DNA of 48,753 bases from Methanobacteriota archaeon (GTDB lineage Archaea; Thermoplasmatota; Poseidoniia; Poseidoniales; Poseidoniaceae): the NCBI GenBank assembly GCA_002720275.1, contig PBHR01000034.1, forward strand, positions 5,233 to 53,985, written 5' to 3'. Shown one piece after another: positions 46,646-48,753 of this stretch. Position 1 is the stretch's first letter; every line of letters starts with the position of its first letter. The notes under the pieces are model-generated. The model ran no database searches. It was not told where the DNA came from and saw only the letters and a program-made list of their open reading frames with translations. A program made the translations under genes and the position numbers.

Positions 46646-46768
46646 TGAAACATAAAAAAGTCCTAATTTGTTCTAAATTCCAACAATCTCACTTATCATG
46701 CGGGTGCTCCCATTACACTGCCTATTGGATGGTTTCAAGCCCTGGATCGAGCACCTTTCCAAAAAACC

Positions 46769-47572
46769 CTAACTATATTTTATTCTATTTTGATAAATAA
46801 CCTCTTGTGTTTGAATATTATATGCGGCTAATGATTTAGTCAAATCAAAATCATGGTACACACAAGTATCAATTCCTATAGCCATTGACCTTCCATCAAC
46901 TAATTTAACATCTGATTCCCATATTTTTCCTGCTTTTAAGTCCTCTTTATGCAAATACTTGAACGTAGGAGTATGCCCAAATAATATTGTTCTTTTAGGA
47001 TCAATTGGAAATTTAGATGAATAAAATATTTTTCTCACATACATGTGAAACACTTCATCTTGACCTTCAACATCATGATTAGGATTATATCCTGCATGAA
47101 CAAATCTCCAATCGTCTAAAACAATTTCAGTAGGTAAAGATTTCATCCATTCAACATCATTCTTTGCTTGTTCACAAGATTCAGTATCATTGCCATACTG
47201 GACTAAATATGAAAATTCAGTGTAAGCACCTCCATTGTGATACCAAATTCTTGAATCTTCATTCCTTTCTTTAAAGAACAATGCATCATCAAATCCTTCA
47301 ATCATCATTTGTTCATGATTTCCACGAATTGAATAAAAGTTTCTTGTTGTTCTAACAAAATGTACAATTTGTGCTGATTCAGGACCTCGATCTATTAAAT
47401 CTCCAAGCATTACTACAACGTCATTTTCATTTAATTCTAATTTTTTAACTAATACTTGAAATGTTTTAAAATGCCCATGAACATCTCCAATAACCCAAAT
47501 ATTTACACCACTCTCAAGTGCTAATTGTAACTTTTTTTCTAAATCTATATTTCTCAATTTAATCATCACCAT
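46769..47572 (-). CDS. PPP-family metallophosphoesterase (Ser/Thr phosphatase / ApaH-PrpE-like)
   Basis: Carries the GDVHGH, GDLIDRGP and RGNHE signature triad. Confidence 0.85.
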   Translation of the reverse strand: MVMIKLRNIDLEKKLQLALESGVNIWVIGDVHGHFKTFQVLVKKLELNENDVVVMLGDLIDRGPESAQIVHFVRTTRNFYSIRGNHEQMMIEGFDDALFFKERNEDSRIWYHNGGAYTEFSYLVQYGNDTESCEQAKNDVEWMKSLPTEIVLDDWRFVHAGYNPNHDVEGQDEVFHMYVRKIFYSSKFPIDPKRTILFGHTPTFKYLHKEDLKAGKIWESDVKLVDGRSMAIGIDTCVYHDFDLTKSLAAYNIQTQEVIYQNRIKYS

Positions 47573-47597
47573 TTCCCAAAAAACAAAACTTTCTCGC

Positions 47598-47609
47598 AGC
47601 TTTAAAAAC
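47598..47609 (-). promoter_or_regulatory. TATA-like box (GCTTTAAAAACC) about 26-37 nt upstream of the phosphatase ATG
   Basis: The position fits an archaeal promoter for a nearly leaderless minus-strand mRNA. An identical 12-mer recurs at 47642-47653. Confidence 0.35.
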
Positions 47610-47641
47610 CGCTTTAGTAGGCATTTCTATTTCTATATTGG

Positions 47642-47905
47642 TGCTTTAAAAACCCACTGATTTAAACCCTCAACTGATCAACTCGGATAGGTTGAAAGGG
47701 GTTGTCCGTAAACCCATCCTAAAGAATATACTGGTTTGATGGGCTTTACGTAGACCAGTTGCATCGCTAGCGAGTGATTCGACCCACTGCAAGCCCATTG
47801 ATTTGTCAATACCTGAGCAAAGGGTATTCGGATAAACCCTCTGATGCTTCAGAAAAATGTGCGCGCAGGGATTCTTTTTAATTCAAGAATAATACCTCGA
47901 GGTAT
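47642..47905 (+). ncRNA. candidate structured RNA / cis-regulatory leader upstream of the 169-aa membrane protein gene (class unknown)
   Basis: Starts at the second GCTTTAAAAACC box, followed by a visibly GC-richer ~230-nt stretch with several hand-foldable stems. A T5 run lies at 47875-47879, and the 14-nt palindrome ATACCTCGAGGTAT (47892-47905) covers the GAGGT SD and abuts the ATG. Confidence 0.3.
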
Positions 47906-48415
47906 ATGGGAAGTCAGCGTTCGATAGTTACAGCGTTGGTAAGAAATTATCCTGAAATTGCTTTAATTTGCTGCGCCACAATTGCTACCTTACTGGTTTC
48001 AATCGAAAAATCAAATGGTGATAATGCTGATATTCATCTCTTTTTTGCTGGGTTTTTGTGTATCTTTTACGTAATACTTGCAAGTATTAAGTTGCTAAAA
48101 CACCACGAAAAAAATCTCAATTCTGGATTCAATATGCCAATCGTCTTGAATTATTTCATTGGATTGGTATCTCCAATTTTTTGGAGGGCACGTTGTGGTG
48201 AATGTGGTTTCTTTAGTATGATGGAATCTGATTTTATTTTGTTGATTTCTCAGCCTTTCTACGGTCCAGTAATTCTTTTGTTGCTCAATATCCCTTGGAC
48301 TGGAGATCAGCAAAGAAAACGATTCTTTTTTGGGGTTTTATTATCAATTCCTTTCTGCTTACTTTCGTTTGTACTCTCAGGATTTATTACTAATTCTTGG
48401 GGATATTGGGAATAA
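47906..48415 (+). CDS. small polytopic membrane protein, unknown function
   Basis: 169-aa ORF with about 5 hydrophobic segments. Confidence 0.6.
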   Translation: MGSQRSIVTALVRNYPEIALICCATIATLLVSIEKSNGDNADIHLFFAGFLCIFYVILASIKLLKHHEKNLNSGFNMPIVLNYFIGLVSPIFWRARCGECGFFSMMESDFILLISQPFYGPVILLLLNIPWTGDQQRKRFFFGVLLSIPFCLLSFVLSGFITNSWGYWE

Positions 48416-48547
48416 AAGTGGATTTATTGGCAATGGGGGCCCTTTGCTTAGCCGTCTGAGCAGAGGGTAGCCCATGCTTCGTACTGTAAAAAGTAAAAGC
48501 GATTCGGCTACCACAACTATTAGTGCTTTCATCAATTACCAATCTCC

Positions 48548-48753
48548 ATGCGAAAGAGTGCTTTGATACTAGTTTTAGTGATGGTCAGCGCAAGTCTGGC
48601 TGGATGTATTGGTAGCGACGAACCAGATCATCACGACGATGAGCCAGGTCTTCACCATCACGGGGATGAAGATTATCATCATGATCATGATGGTGACGAT
48701 GGGTTGACACATGATGATTCTGATAGACACCATAACCATGAGGATGACTCATA
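48548..48753 (+). CDS. 5' part of a lipoprotein with a His/Asp-rich N-terminal region (runs off the window)
   Basis: Hand translation gives MRKSALILVLVMVSASLAGCIGSDEPDHHDDEPGLHHHGDEDYHHDHDGDDGLTHDDSDRHHNHEDDS. It has the lipobox-like LAGC, and the frame stays open to the window end. Confidence 0.5.
   Translation, partial: MRKSALILVLVMVSASLAGCIGSDEPDHHDDEPGLHHHGDEDYHHDHDGDDGLTHDDSDRHHNHEDDS

Noticed and set aside
46344-46646. 100-aa minus-strand ORF
   Set aside because: It runs straight through the hand-folded tRNA-Leu gene and the 5' end of the 987-aa gene region, so it is an artefact.
46436-46768. tRNA-Leu-flanked genomic island or integrated element containing the two giant surface genes
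   Set aside because: No integrase or recombinase gene and no direct repeat of the tRNA 3' end were seen in the window. The GGTGCTC...GAGCACC inverted repeat at about 46733-46785 encloses only 39 nt and does not fold as a tRNA fragment.
47573-47905. Identification of the structured intergenic region as SRP (7S) RNA, RNase P RNA, a C/D-box sRNA or a TPP/fluoride riboswitch
   Set aside because: I could not find the conserved cores on either strand: the GGUCAGG..GAAGCAGCC-type SRP helix 8, the GAGGAAAGUCC / GGGUGAAA RNase P blocks, properly spaced RUGAUGA...CUGA boxes, or the CUGAGA...CCUGAUCUGGAUAAUGCCAGCG TPP core. Only loose fragments (CTGAG, GGATAA, TGATGG) occur.

Overview
AT-rich (roughly mid-30s % GC by eye, not computed), densely packed archaeal chromosomal segment. 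It is archaeal because RNA polymerase subunit A is split (A'/A''), and rpoH, rpl30e and a Pop5-type RNase P protein are present. The unsplit rpoB, low GC and giant surface proteins fit a planktonic Thermoplasmatota / Marine-Group-II-like organism; that placement is inference only.

Contents, left to right:
- Minus-strand RNAP operon tRNA-Lys-rpoH-rpoB-rpoA1-rpoA2-rpl30e, then the start of another gene.
- A methyltransferase/biotin-ligase fusion, Pop5, and a TPR plus short FtsZ-like pair.
- A seven-gene Rieske/cytochrome b6-type cluster. Its subunit-IV-like protein is fused to an HdrD/GlpC-type Fe-S/CCG module.
- A gshA-like plus asnB-like pair.
- A methylmalonyl/propionyl-CoA block: MeaB, the B12-binding mutase subunit, the carboxyltransferase, a small subunit and BCCP.
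- gdhA, an RHH regulator, and an XPD helicase.
- A two-gene surface-protein operon (987 aa and 2990 aa), then tRNA-Leu and a PPP phosphatase.
- A structured GC-richer leader in front of a small membrane protein, and the start of a His/Asp-rich lipoprotein.

No CRISPR array, rRNA, transposase or integrase was seen.

The most unusual observations:
1. The cytochrome-b subunit-IV / HdrD-like fusion inside a Rieske/cyt b operon that has no recognisable c-type cytochrome or cupredoxin.
2. A paralogous HhH-like N-terminal module, followed by a basic linker, on both RpoH and RpoA''. Large insertions in RpoA' and RpoB accompany it.
3. The 2990-aa protein, which combines about 18 thrombospondin-type-3-like repeats, a transglutaminase-like core with an apparently degenerate triad, a long Ig-like array and a DUF4129-like cytoplasmic tail.

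All domain calls come from motif recognition by eye. None has been confirmed by search.
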